This document shows, in pieces, positions 25,530-38,620 of a DNA stretch of 64,000 nucleotides (position 1 is its first letter; each line of letters opens with the position of its first letter). The translations under genes were made by a program, and so were the position numbers. The DNA comes from Epiperipatus broadwayi. Taxonomy: Eukaryota > Animalia > Onychophora. Location: assembly GCA_028023455.1 (NCBI GenBank), contig JAQFVV010000005.1:5270001-5334000 (forward strand). The letters are read 5' to 3'. The notes under the pieces were generated by a model. The model was not told where the DNA came from. It worked only from the letters and a program-made list of their open reading frames with translations, and ran no database searches.

Positions 25530-27600
25530 TTTTATGAATATTTACAAAACTTCAATAAATTTAATTAAAACTGGCCAATTAAAAATAAATAGAAAGTTAT
25601 ATAATACTCTTTATATTACCCCATTTCACCCTCCCAATATTGCATTCAAGATAGCCATTATACCAGACACATATCATCCCAGGTCCCATGAAATACCTAA
25701 ATTTATTTTGTCACACTTAAGTCAATTTACCAATACATATCTATGTGATTTTGGCAAACTATCTCTCATAAAAACTTTTTCACATGTAAGGACTCTCTTT
25801 AGTTCCATTCAGCAAAAAAAACTGACAGCAAAATCCAATCTATCTAACCTACAGCCTATTTCCATGCGTCTCTTGGCATCAAAATTCTTCAAAAGATTCT
25901 GAAAGATAAAATAGAACCATATCTTCTCCCACTAATATCATTTGTATAATCCATAAAGAAAAGTTATTCCATAGACCAAGCTCTACTTTTATTTAAAATG
26001 ATCTTGAATTTATTTTGAGATTTAAAATAAGAATGCTTCAATGGATATCCAAATTAACATTGAAGCTGCATTTGATTCAGTCTCTCTTGACATCTTAATC
26101 AAAACACTTGCTAACACAGCAATACCTCATATCTTTTTCTGTCTGTTAATCAACCTACTATTAAGATGGAAAATTTTCACATTACTCTCAATGAAAGATT
26201 ATCTCCTTCATTTGTCTCCAGTCAATATCAAAAGGATCACCACTTAATGCCTTATTATTTATGATGTATATTAATCCCCTCATAAATAAAATACAGCTAA
26301 AAACTCCAAGCATACAAATCCTACATAGTCAATTGTATATATTATGCCTAGCTTATATGGATGACGTAATCAACTTCCTTGCCTCTAAAAAACAATTGTC
26401 TATCTTACAAAAAATCCTTAATGATTTATATTACTGACATTAAGCTCAAATTTTATATTAATAAAACTTCTGCTTGATTTCTCTACACAGAAAAACAACA
26501 ACACAAATCTACCAAGGCAAACCTACTGCTTTTCTCAGTTTTTCTTTCTATTTGGGAACTGTGTTAAGACAAAAAATTGAGATCAAGCTAAGAAATGTTG
26601 CTGAGCAGATAACCTCCTCCCTCTCTAAAACATATTTCTCATTATAATTGACAGTGTACCTCTTCAACCAGCTGATAACTACAAAAATAGCTTATTTTTC
26701 ACCAATTATTAATTTCACTAAACCATTTATTTCATCAATCTTTTCACTCTGCAGCAAGTTTCTATGGTGCAGAAAAAATGGTCTCTTATTTCAACAAGAT
26801 GACTTAGTCACCCCAACCTAGAATGGACTAGGCCTTCACTCCATCCAACTGATCCATATTCAAAAAACCATAAATCTTCTAGCAGCCAATAGAAGATAAT
26901 TTCCAGAACCTGAATGCATATTACATAGACCACCCTCTTTCCTATAAATAAATTTTTATCATTTCTCATAAGTCAATTTCAAGATATTCACAATCAGTAA
27001 CACAAGTAAATTTACTTTTTGGAGCATATATAACTTGCTGATCACCTCTCTCCAATGCTAACAATTGACAACAGATATATGCTTTCTCAATTTAAGAAAT
27101 GGTCATTGGAACAAATTCTTTAACTTATTGAAATTTCCTCCATGCCCTACCTATCTCTCACTTTCTCTGATATTGCAGACTATATATCAACAGAGACTCC
27201 TTCTGAAAATTGTGGCACAGGAAGAAGGAAGGACAGTTCCACTTACTCCAAAACTCTCCGATCCTAGCACTTACTAGAGAGATCATGTTGAATACATATA
27301 GATGAGAAGGGTTAAAGTCAATAACTTCATTGAAACATTCCAGTAAGGTTACATGTCCACCATCCATGCAACTACATTTAGTCTTTATGCATTTTGGTAT
27401 GTGAGATGTACTTTATGCCTTGGTAACAATACTAGATGCTACCCAGTTACTTTATTAAATAAGCTTGAGCAGCTGAAAACTAGAGACAGCAAAATTGCAC
27501 ACCCAAACATTTTTGCCACTATATGGTCACTCGTAAAACCCTAGTCCAGATTCTAGCATTCTGCCATAGAACTCGAGATTCAATTAAATAATTAAACCAT
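25530..27600 (+). mobile_element. Decayed Tx1/L1-like non-LTR retrotransposon ORF2 (RT region)
   Basis: QKK...SNLQPISM, INIEAAFDSVS, ISKGSPL.ALLFMMYINPL, AYMDDV, and a downstream NGLGL plus C..C, with many frameshifts. Confidence 0.75.
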
Positions 27601-28016
27601 GATTTCCTCATACATCTTCTAAATGATAGTTAAGAGGTTTTCTCCAAGACCTAACTTCAAATATAACATTTCCATGACACATCTTTCTTACAATAGGTAA
27701 AAAAAGATACAATGACTGATGCAGCATTCAAAACTGCATACTACTAAGTCACCTATGGTAGTTTGCTTATGAATTTTTTAAACATTCTCTATATAAACTG
27801 TACCCATAAAAAAATTTGCTGCTATTAGTGTTTCTTAATTTACAGTTAATGAACTTTACATATTACTTATTTTGACATCTATAAGTTGCCTGTTCAATGA
27901 ACTTTTGAAATTTTAATTATTTTTATTTATATCCAATAGATAACTATGTTAATAACCAAATTACATCTGTGTGTATATATAATTATTAATAACCTTTGTT
28001 TACTGAATAAAGTTGT

Positions 28017-28085
28017 TACTACTACTACTACTGCTACTGCTGCTGCTGCTGCTGCTGCTACTACTACTACTACTACTACTACTAC

Positions 28086-28143
<58 letters not shown>
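28017..28143. repeat. Compound trinucleotide microsatellite (ACT)n(GCT)n(ACT)n(AAT)n
   Basis: Directly visible in the sequence. Confidence 0.98.
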
Positions 28144-31100
28144 TTTACAATAGGGTTGAGTTTTGATACTGCTAAGTCAATTAATCCATGAATTACAAAT
28201 ATATCCACATGCAAAATATGCTTACACATTATTCTGTTTATTTGATGTTCTGTGATTATAACTATCAATTACATTTTATTTTTAACTACGCCTTCCCAAT
28301 AAGAGAAATCAACATGGCATTTTTCACAATGACTCTCGAGACAATCTTTCTAAAAAAAGCAATTTCAGAAAGTTTCATTCATTTCCCAATTCAACTAAGA
28401 TATAATTTTAGACTCTATAGTATCATATTTATAAAGCTGAATAATGATTATGTTAATTATTTTTATAATCTTGTAATCATATTTTTAGAATTTTATAGAG
28501 GACCCTTAAATGAAAATTTTCTGATCCGATATTTAAGATTCACTTTCATATTAATAAATTAAAATTCTATATATATTTCATTTAGTTTCAATATCTACAT
28601 CACTGTCATGAAATATACCAACATTTAATTTTTTTAATCACATAAATAGCACAATGATGTCTGAGTTACAGCTCAATTTCTAAGTTCCTTTTGATGAATC
28701 TATAAACAATATTAGCTGAATGAAATGTCCTTGAAAATCAACAGTAACTATTTGTATGACTGTCAATTATACAATTCACCAACAGAATAAGATAAATATA
28801 AATTGCTGAATGTACAAAATCCAGTTGCTCATTTGTGACAAGATTTTGATCTTTAGAACCTACTAATAAATGTTTCCATTCAAAAACCAGGATAAAAATA
28901 GATAACAGAAAAAAAATAGCTGTGCAGTAATTGAAAGAAGATTACTGTAAAAATTGCTGTATAATAATTAAATGGCAGAAATATGGTTGCACAAGTGCAT
29001 AAAACAATTGCCAAATTTTTTTGCAAAGCATTGATTAATGGCATGAGACTTTAATAGTGATGCAATATTTTGTTATCAACCAGAAATGAGTTAAAGCTAA
29101 AGATATATGATTCAATATATTCTTTTTCTCTTTATTCCTCAATTTATATAATGGCACCATTTTGTCTGTTTTAATTTTTTCAAGCAATTTCTTTTCTTCT
29201 TTTGAAATCTGTAAATATTTTATTACATTATAAAATAAATATCAACTCTAAATATATTTTATATTTCTGATGATTATAAATATGCACAAACATATACAAA
29301 AGATAAATGGACTGGTCTGTCATCTATTTAAAAAATTAAACAGATATAACATTGCTATAAAAAAAAAGTGTTAAAAATATATTATATGTTATGTATTGTA
29401 TATAAACGTGTGATTATATAACACAAATATATTAAATTTTATAATTATAAAATAGTGTTATAATCTAAAATATTTATATGATATGCAATATAAGAAACAT
29501 GTAGATACATGAACATGAATATAAATGTATAGATATTAATGACTATAAGGATGTTTTTTGAATTTTTAAATGTTATAAGTGTAATAATTTAAAAATTCAA
29601 ATGTAAAATATATCTGAAATTGACATCTCTCATAAAGGCTGAAACAGAAAAAAATAATTTTATTATACTAAAACTGAAGACAAAATTAAAGAAGTGAATG
29701 ATAAAAATTTAGTCTCCTTTCAATGAATGCATTTCCTATTGTATGAGAATGCATAAAAAACATATCTCTGATATTTCAAAGATATTATAATAAAATTAAG
29801 TCAAAGATATGGTTCTTTTTGAATTTAATTGCATACAATTTCTATTGTTCCAAAAGATTACTAAAAATATATATCAAATTAAAATTTGGTAGTCACAAAG
29901 AAGTTAAAAATTGATATAATATATCTTATCTTTTTATTGTCTAATTAAATATGTATAATATCATTAGTGTTTAAAATGTTAAGGTGTAGGTCACATGCTG
30001 CTTCATCTGATACTTTCTCAATCATTAAATTAGTTAAGTCAATTATTTTATCTTTGCCAATGTTGTTATTTCACTTTCCATAGTTATTCAGTTTACAATG
30101 TATTTCTCTTAATTTCTTTATACTCTTAAATTGCCTATGTTATTACATTCATGATGATTACTTATTAATTGTAGGACTGCCCCCCCCCCCATTATTGCAA
30201 ACTTGGAAATCAGATCTTCAAATCATGATGACTATGTCATGGGCAATCTTAAATTAAGATGAGCAGTGAGTTTAAAAAAAACAAGCTAGATCATTTGCTA
30301 TCTCTGAAAAATAATTTTATTGCTTTGAAGATTTTTTCACTTGACTACAATGCTCTTCCTCAATGATTATTTTGCACATAATACAACAACTCTATTCATT
30401 AGTGTTCTTTGTCTACTTAGTCTTACAAAAGGTGTCTAAAGAGTATAGATAACAAAACTATTTCTGAAAGCATATGCTATGTGTAAAATATTGAAGATCA
30501 TATAATATTTTGCTGGCACAAAACATTTTAATCAATATGTGAAAGAGAATTGTGATAAAATGCAATTCAAATCATAAAAATATATAGCTACTGCTATAGT
30601 ATCAAATCTATTTATCTCTATAAGCAAGTTGGTTGAGTTCAAAGCCTCAGAACTTTTTTAAAATTTCAAGTTATTACCTTCTTAGTATAAAGGAATTAAA
30701 GGCTGCTTCTGAATATGTAAATGCATTAGTTCCAGCATTAGATTCAAAATCTTCTCTAATAAAGGCTGTTAGTCAGAAATTAATCTAAGGATATGTATAT
30801 TATAGTATTACTATATAATAACTATTGGATCTTACAACAGATAGCTCTGGGGGAGAATAAAAACTACTGAAATCATAAGCTGTGTTACACTATGCAGAAA
30901 AAAAATCTGATGTTTTTTGGTATAATAATTATTTTTAATTAAAATTATCTTAGTTTAAAAATTAATATCTACAGCCAATCTGGTATTTTTGTTCTCATTG
31001 AAACTGGAATTTTTCTTATTATTTGATATTGGCTTCACTTTTATTGGAGCTTTATTTCTAATCCCACATAACAATATATTTAACTTTCTATTTAAATAAC

Positions 31101-34100
31101 AACAAAACATCTGATAATCATCTGAAATAATAAACTGAAATGAGATTCTATTCCACATTTATAAAAATGATCTTTAACTATGAAATTAAATATTACTGTT
31201 CAAAATATTACTGGCTGACTCACACCATTTTCTTGCAATTGCTTTCCATTCCTTCACATATCACTCTAGCAAATATCAGAAGACAAGTAATCTTAAAGAA
31301 AGTCTATAAAACATTAAGTAAGCTTGACTTATTACAAAGATAGTTACCAACAATGATCAAGCATCTCTGCTTAATAGGTTTTAAATATAAACAAATATGC
31401 ATACATTTTAAAAATATGTAAAAAAAAATCACAGCAAATAGTACATTTGCATTATGTTTACACAAGTGGAAAATGGTTATCTATTTTGAGAATACTATGG
31501 ACAATAAGGAAAATGAATAAGTGGAAACTGGATTAGATAAATTAAGGCACAATTAACCAGACTGAGTTTATCATATTTTTGATTGTATCATAAAATGATC
31601 CAAATTCATTATAGAAATGTGTAATGCTTGAAATATTGATAATCAAACAAAAAAAATGTAGATAGATTTCATCATCATAAGAAAGAAACAGAAGATGTAC
31701 ATTCTATAGAAATGCCATTTATATGGGTGCCAGAAGCTATAATCACTTGATGTATCTAATAATAGATATTATATTATATTAAACCAAATATGTTATCAGT
31801 AAATTGTTAATTACTTAAATAACCCAATTTTTTTTAAAACTACCCAACCATGCCATCAAATGTCAAATGAAAAATAACCCCACTTTTCAGCTACATCTGA
31901 GTTCTTAAATAGACCAAAAATCAATGATAATTTAGTGTTATTGAATTCCTTTCTAGTCAATCTATATTAAATATATAAATGGAAACAAAATTCTATTCTT
32001 ATTAACAATCATGTAAACAAAACATTTTAACATTATGCACAGTATAATAAATGAAACATATTATCATGAGACTGGCAATTACATAAACAAATTATTCACC
32101 AATTATTTTTTTTGATACATAGTCAGGCCATATCAGCTGATTTAATAAATCACCCTGTTAGTTATCATCATCTGATTTAGAATCTATTTAAGAGTTTAGA
32201 TACTGATGGAAAATGGATTCATTTTTTCATCTGAATGTAATTGTCCTTGATATTAGATGATGTAGCTGTATATTTTAAAAAAAAAAGTTTGGTAATTTGT
32301 TTATATAAATGTTGGTCTACTTAAATGGATATGGTTTACTATATAGTTCAATATATTAGAGAACATTGTTTACAAATTTTATTAAAATGAATGGAAGTTA
32401 AGATCAGAGTGGAGTTTCAATAACATCTCAGTTAATTTGATATTCATTCTGCTTATTATAAATGATCTGACTTATGGTCTTTTTAAGAGTTTACACATCT
32501 AAAGCAGATTTTTTTTTCATCTGAATGTAATTAGCCTTAATACTAGATAGTATGACTGGATACTTTTAAAAATTGTTGCTGAACAATTTTTTAATAACAG
32601 ATATTCTTAAGTAAAAAATAAAACAAAATAGAAAAAATAATAAATATTATCATTTAATAAGACATTATAGTGCCGAATATTGCCGTTTCTTCTCTGTTTC
32701 ACTGTAGAATGATGATGGAAAGACCTTTGTACTAAATTGGGACATTTAAAGTCTGTTTTATTTTGCAGGTGTTCAGAGATAACTAGGCAAGCAAAATGTA
32801 AAATACAGTTAATGATTGACAAGTTTGTGCAGTAGAGAAGTGAAGAACTTAATAATGCCACTAATAAATCTATCTCTTGATTGGAATCTCTACACATGTT
32901 TTTATGATATTTATTAATATTTAAGTTGTCTAAATTAATATAAAAATAACAATTCATACATAAATTAGCTATTGTTATTGTCATTTCATTAATAGATTCA
33001 CGTTAATATTCAATATTTAAAGGCATACCAAAAGCTTTAATACATTTTTTAGATCATAAAATGCAGTTGTAAAATATTATTATTGTTCAAAAAAAATTTT
33101 TTTATAAACTCCAATAGATTGCATTACTGAGACAATGATAATAACACCCATTGTGAATATAATCATACAGTGAAGCTGCAGCATAAGCTGTATTAATATA
33201 TACTATTTCAATTATACACCATCCAAAAAAAAATGTAGATTAACAAAATATATATAAAGTTAAAAAAATTTAAAATTTTTAAATTTCATAAATTTTACAA
33301 AATGGCAGCTACTTTTCCATTTCAGACTAGTGTATGTGATCATGTTTAAAAATAAAAATTTAAATTAGTAAATTAAATTAAATTTTACAGTATAGCGATA
33401 GTCATTTTTCCATGATCATGTTTATTACTAATTCTGTGTTTTCTGTCTTCACTTTATTATCCTTTCTGAATTTGATGAATAAGTATTTCATTTAATAAAA
33501 TGTTTGTGAACATAATGCAAAATTTTTTCAAAATTTAAGAAAATTTGTGAAGTTGCTGTGACTTAAAAATATCAAGACAACTAGAGAGAGCATAATCTGC
33601 TGAAAACAAGACTGTTATTATGTTTCCATTCAAAAAAAAAAAAAAATAGTTATTAAAAAAGGAATACCTAGAGTATGTTTAATTATGATTGAAGGTGGAA
33701 TTTCATTGTTTATTTTATTTTAAAAAATAAAATAAAGATATGATACAATAAGTTTTCATTTTTTGGATGGAGAATGTGAAATAGTGAGTATAAACTCAGT
33801 AAATATATATGAAAATGTGCCCTTCATTTTTTTATTATTATTAACTGTGGTACTATTTTTTTAGATTTTATTTATACTATAATCTTAATATATATATATT
33901 ATATCACATACTATATTTATATAAAAAAAACATGTGGTATATATATACACACATGATCACCATCTCTTAAACTAGCACATAATTGTTGTAAGCCAAGGCA
34001 AAACTCTCCATACAGTAGTGCCACCCTGTCCCAACCAAAATAATCAATGGATGCCAGAAGGCTTGTACATAAAATCCCTATCTAGTGCCTACTCATCCAA

Positions 34101-34102
34101 TA

Positions 34103-34144
34103 TCCCCAGACTAGTTTCTGGCTTGTGGCCATCATCAGCGAGGA
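34103..34144 (-). ncRNA. Intact minimal type I hammerhead ribozyme (family A)
   Basis: UCCUCG-CUGAUGA-UGGC CACAA GCCA-GAA-ACUAGU-C-UGGGGA. Canonical core, 6-bp stem I, 4-bp stem II, palindromic stem III and GUC cleavage site. Confidence 0.88.
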
Positions 34145-34318
34145 GCCTTGGATCTGAGAGCACTGCACCTAGATCTTAGGATCTAATGCAACCCTCCAGC
34201 AGCCACCTTTTAACTCTACTTTACTACAAAACTATGAGAATGAAATTTAAAACACAATAATATTTTCAATCTAAGCTCAATAGCTTATATAGTCATATGG
34301 GTCTGAACTCAATTCAGC

Positions 34319-34360
34319 TCCTCACTGATGATGCCCACAAGCCAGAAACTAGTCTGGGGA
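34319..34360 (+). ncRNA. Minimal type I hammerhead ribozyme (family A) with one stem II mismatch
   Basis: UCCUCA-CUGAUGA-UGCC CACAA GCCA-GAA-ACUAGU-C-UGGGGA. Confidence 0.8.
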
Positions 34361-35596
34361 TATTGGATGAGTAGGCACTAGATAGGAATTTTATGCACAA
34401 GTCTTCTGGCATCCATTAATTACTCCGGTTGTCATAGGGTGGCACTACTGTATGGAGAGTTTTGCCTTTGTTTACAACAATTATGTGCTAGTATAAGAGA
34501 TGGTGATTATGTGATGTTTAGTGTTTTAACACCAATCCTGCCTAATAGGATAGTGGTGGCTGTGGTTGTTTAAGAGCCAAAGACACCAAAGTGTATGGGT
34601 ATTGAATTGAGTTCAATATATATATATATATATTGAGTTCAATATATATATATGTACTTGTTGAAATATACTGCTAACCCTGCAGTTTAATAAACAATAC
34701 ATATTCTATTGTAATCAAAGCTTGTCAACAAAATTAAATTATTATATGAATTGTGATATATGTGAGAGGAGTTTGAAATAAAATATAGCTCTACTGTATC
34801 TTTCTGGAATGACATTTACATAGATTAGGTTTTTTGAAACTAAATCTACAATGAAATACTTTTTAGAAAGTTTAAGACAATACCTCTTTGACTAGATGTA
34901 ATGTAAATAAATAAATTGCATAGTTAATAGCTCAGAAGTTTAGTAAAAAGAGTACTCTAGTGGCAGATTAAGCATTTAGCAGTCCCAATGCGTTGAATTG
35001 AAGTTTTTATATTTACATTAAAATATTTATATTATTAATTGGTTTATTGCTCACTTCATACGAGTTTTAAACATTGGTGACAGAACTGGAACTACAACCT
35101 ATGGCCTTGAGCTCCAGACTTCCACAATTCTATCACTACCCTAAACCTATTTGCATTATTTAACTCAAAATTAACCGAAAACTATTAGCTCTACTATTGC
35201 ATTAAACTACATGAAGCACATAGTGTAAGATTTAAAAGCTGACCAACATTTTTTAGGGAGACACAAGTGAAATATCAAGCATTTACAATGGCAAAATTAA
35301 AAAATAATCTGGAACTTTAATAAATACCCAATTCAACATAAAGTAGTGTAATGGAATTGGAAATTCTCATACAACAAAGTGTATATGTCATTGTAAAATA
35401 AAAACTTAGATGAAAACAAGAATTTTACTTAGATGCACTCCACTAAAGACAAGGATTTGTACATTAAAATAATGATAACTGAATGGCTTGTTTCTTGGGA
35501 GTTTATAGCAAGTTTAGAGTATCAGAAGTCACAGTTAGACTCTTGGGCTGAAATGTACTAACATTATAAACTAAAAAAACTGTGATGCTAACAAAA

Positions 35597-37016
35597 TCTA
35601 TATTACTATATAAATGTGAACGTTTGTTTATTTGTTACTTTATAACTTAACAAATATTGCATCAATATTGATGAATCTTGCATGATTTTCTTTCTATTTT
35701 TATGAAGAATTCTTTTAGGCTATGAAAAATGCATTGCTATAGCAAACACTTTCTAATAATTTTATAACAATGCAAAAAAAAGGTAGAGAACAATAGTGAC
35801 TAAAAAATTACAGATGTAAAATGTGGCTTGCATATTATAATTCATATTAGAGAAATGGAGAGTTATATGATTTTTGATAATATGAGATAAAAATTGTATT
35901 GCCTAAATATATTTTCAATTAATTAAATTTCATTTGGACAATGTATCTAATTTCTCACTTGCATATACCACAATGTTAATTTTCATTGTTTAACGAGTGT
36001 ATTTAATAAAAGTTATGATACTACTATTGATAATTATTTTATGTAAATATTTTCTAAATATATTTCAACTATCAAAATTTCTGCTAATGCAAGAGTATAG
36101 CTAGAGAAATTGAAAAAATTAATCAGGGAAAATACACAAGAGTATATCTAAAGAAATGGAGTTTATTAGTGTAGGGAAGTTTTATTTTGGTATTTAATAC
36201 ATCAAAAATGGAAAATGGAATATACTAATGTGAGGGTCCATCTAGAAAAATGAATAGAATTGAATTAGTGAGGGAAATTTTTACTTGATATTCAAACATC
36301 AAAACTGGAATTTTGATAATAAAACATTTAAAAGTTTAAAATGATCAAAATATATATCCTTCTTACATATATACATTTGAAATATATTTTAATTATCAAA
36401 AATTATAATTTTTTTGTAATCTGAGGTAAAATTTTATTGTGTAAATATACTTAAAATTAATTAAACTTAATTTGGACTACATATTTAATTTCTCTAGAAG
36501 ATACCACGTGAGTGAAATTTCATACCCATTTTTAAAATTATCACATGAGAAATATAAAATAATTTACTTCAAAATTATTGTTTATTGTATTTAATAAAAG
36601 TTATATTTTTTGGCGATACTGTTCTTGATGATTATTCATGTAAAAATTACATAAATACATATCAATTATCAAACTTGCTTCTAAAGTTAAAATACAGCTA
36701 GAGTCATGGAAAGAATTAGTGAGGAAATTTTTTTTTTAGTATTCAATACATAGAAAATGGAATATATAAATATATTTTAATTATCAAACTTTCAAACAAT
36801 GCGATGGTAGAGCTAAAGAAATGAAGAGTTGGTTAGGAAAATTTTTATTTGGAATTCAATACATCGAAAATGGAACTTAGATAATAAAACAAAAAAAATA
36901 TAAAGTTATGAATATAGCCTTATATTTATAAACTTGGAATATATTTTAATTATCAAATACTTTATATTCTTTTATTACTATTTTATTAACTCGAGCAAAG
37001 CCGTAGGTATAGCTAG
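35597..37016 (+). mobile_element. Non-autonomous Helitron
   Basis: 5' end A|TCTATATTACTATATAAATGTGAACGTTTGTT and 3' end CTCGAGCAAAGCCGTAGGTATAGCTAG|T, inserted between A and T with no TSD. There is an internal ~587-bp diverged duplication (ATTTAATAAAAGTTAT at 36001 and 36588). Confidence 0.75.
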
Positions 37017-37853
37017 TCTGTAAATAAATCTTATACAGCTATATTTTTTTTTATTCAAAACAATTTTTTTAATGTGTGAAATACTACCTCCTCCCCTATA
37101 CATTTTAAAATAAAGCGCTGCAGTCTTATCTAACTGTTTGACAAGCCGTTCTAATATTGATCGTTTTACATTTTATTTTGCATAATATATTTTTCCTTTC
37201 AATAAATTGATTTTTTTTAAATGATGTATAAATATTTAAATTACTTCTTTTCCATTTTTTTTCTCTTTTATTTAATGATTCTTGATGTAATAATTGTTTA
37301 AATAAATTAATTTCTTTCTTATAAAAAAAAAAACCTAGTTCAATCTTGTTTATTGTAACTATTTAGATAATGGATTATTATGGAATTCAAAGACACACAA
37401 TAGAAACCGAGCAATCCCAATAGTTATATAAAATTTTAATTGGAAAAGAGAAGGAGGGGAGGTGTAATTAAATAAAATATATTGTAAACTGAAAAAGAAA
37501 TGTTGGGGTCTCCTATTGAGAATTAAATGATAATTAAAATGGTTGATAGGAAGTTCTAATGAGTGAATAGAGATGATAAAGTGGGAGACAGTTGTCAGTA
37601 ACTATTATAAAATATTAATCAATTATTTTTAAAAAAGAAAATTAAGTCAAAAGAAAAATTAAATTACAATTATTTTTTAATCAATAAAAAAAAAAGAAAA
37701 TAATCTTTAAATATTGCAATTCAGAGTAAAGGTTTTTTCTAACCTCGCGTCCCATACAGGAAAAGTAAAAAAAAATGTTATTCAACAGGCTTCCAATTAC
37801 CAGTGTTAAGAATTTGAATTCTTTTTCTTTTTTTTTTTTTTTTTCATATGTCA

Positions 37854-37925
37854 AATGTTTACCAGGAAGCGAACCCGGGCCAGCTGCTTGTAAGAAAGCT
37901 ATGCTAACCACTAGGTCACCAACGC
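37854..37925 (-). pseudogene. tRNA-Gly(TCC)-derived pseudogene or SINE head
   Basis: GCGTTGGTGACCTAGTGGTTAGCATAGCTTTCTTACAAGCAGCTGGCCCGGGTTCGCTTCCTGGTAAACA aligns without gaps to the conserved metazoan tRNA-Gly-TCC sequence. The anticodon reads TAC, several stems are broken, and an oligo(A) tract follows about 10 nt downstream. Confidence 0.8.
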
Positions 37926-38189
37926 TTATTTTATACTCTAGATAAGTGAATATTTAAAACATAATTAAAACACTTTCCAAGTTTAAATTTGAACTCAGAT
38001 AATTGAGGTGGCAAGGTTATATACTGTACTAACATTTATTTCAAAGCGGCATCCAATATGATAACTAAATTGATCAAAATTATTTCACCTTTCCCATTTT
38101 CAGTAGTTTTAATAGAACTATTTTTACAGAATATTTCCTATTATTATAACTATATTATGATTGAAAGGTTTTTGGTAAAAATAATTTAA

Positions 38190-38620
38190 TATTAAAAAAG
38201 AATATGCCATGTTTGAAAACAAAGGCTTGAATTTTAGCAATCCTTATTTATGAGTCTGACCCTTAGACAGTCAACATGAACACTCCAAGCTGCTCGACAA
38301 AATTGTGGTAAGATGTATGTTGGAAATAATAAGAGATTGAAAATAAAATTCATGGGTGAATGAAATAACAGATATCATTGATATCATTCAAAGTATTATG
38401 AGACTGAAATGAATTAAACTGGACATATCTCTAGAAAATAGATTGATGATTGAAATCTTAATCTGGATTCTGAAAGATCATAAAAGACATTTTAAAAAAC
38501 CATATGTAACTGGATGAATGAAATAAAAATATTTGTTGGTATGATGTGGAGACATAGAACATATGGATTAAAAATACATTAAACTTGGAGGAATTTTCAT
38601 TCTGCAGTGGCTCAATAATG
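38190..38620 (+). mobile_element. 3' remnant of an RTE-clade LINE
   Basis: Decayed ...RCMLEIIRD...SWVNEITDIIDIIQSIMRLK...GHI...ILIWI.....W pattern, ending TTCATTCTGCAGTGG. Confidence 0.6.

Larger units (their letters stand above)
33950..34615. mobile_element. Retrozyme-like family A insertion, with a minus-sense arm joined to an inverted plus-sense arm, in a (TA)n site
   Basis: 33950-34146 is the reverse complement of 34317-34513. Each arm has an HHR, the junction is at 34317, and TA repeats flank both ends. Confidence 0.85.

Noticed and set aside
27927-28268. ORFs with poly-Leu/Val/Ala (-) and poly-Thr/Ala/Asn (+) tracts
   Set aside because: They are open only because of the trinucleotide microsatellite, and the flanks have no protein-like features.
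35070-35140. Faint tRNA/MIR-like SINE head on the minus strand (also ~37960-38030)
   Set aside because: Only partial A/B-box resemblance; too decayed to support.
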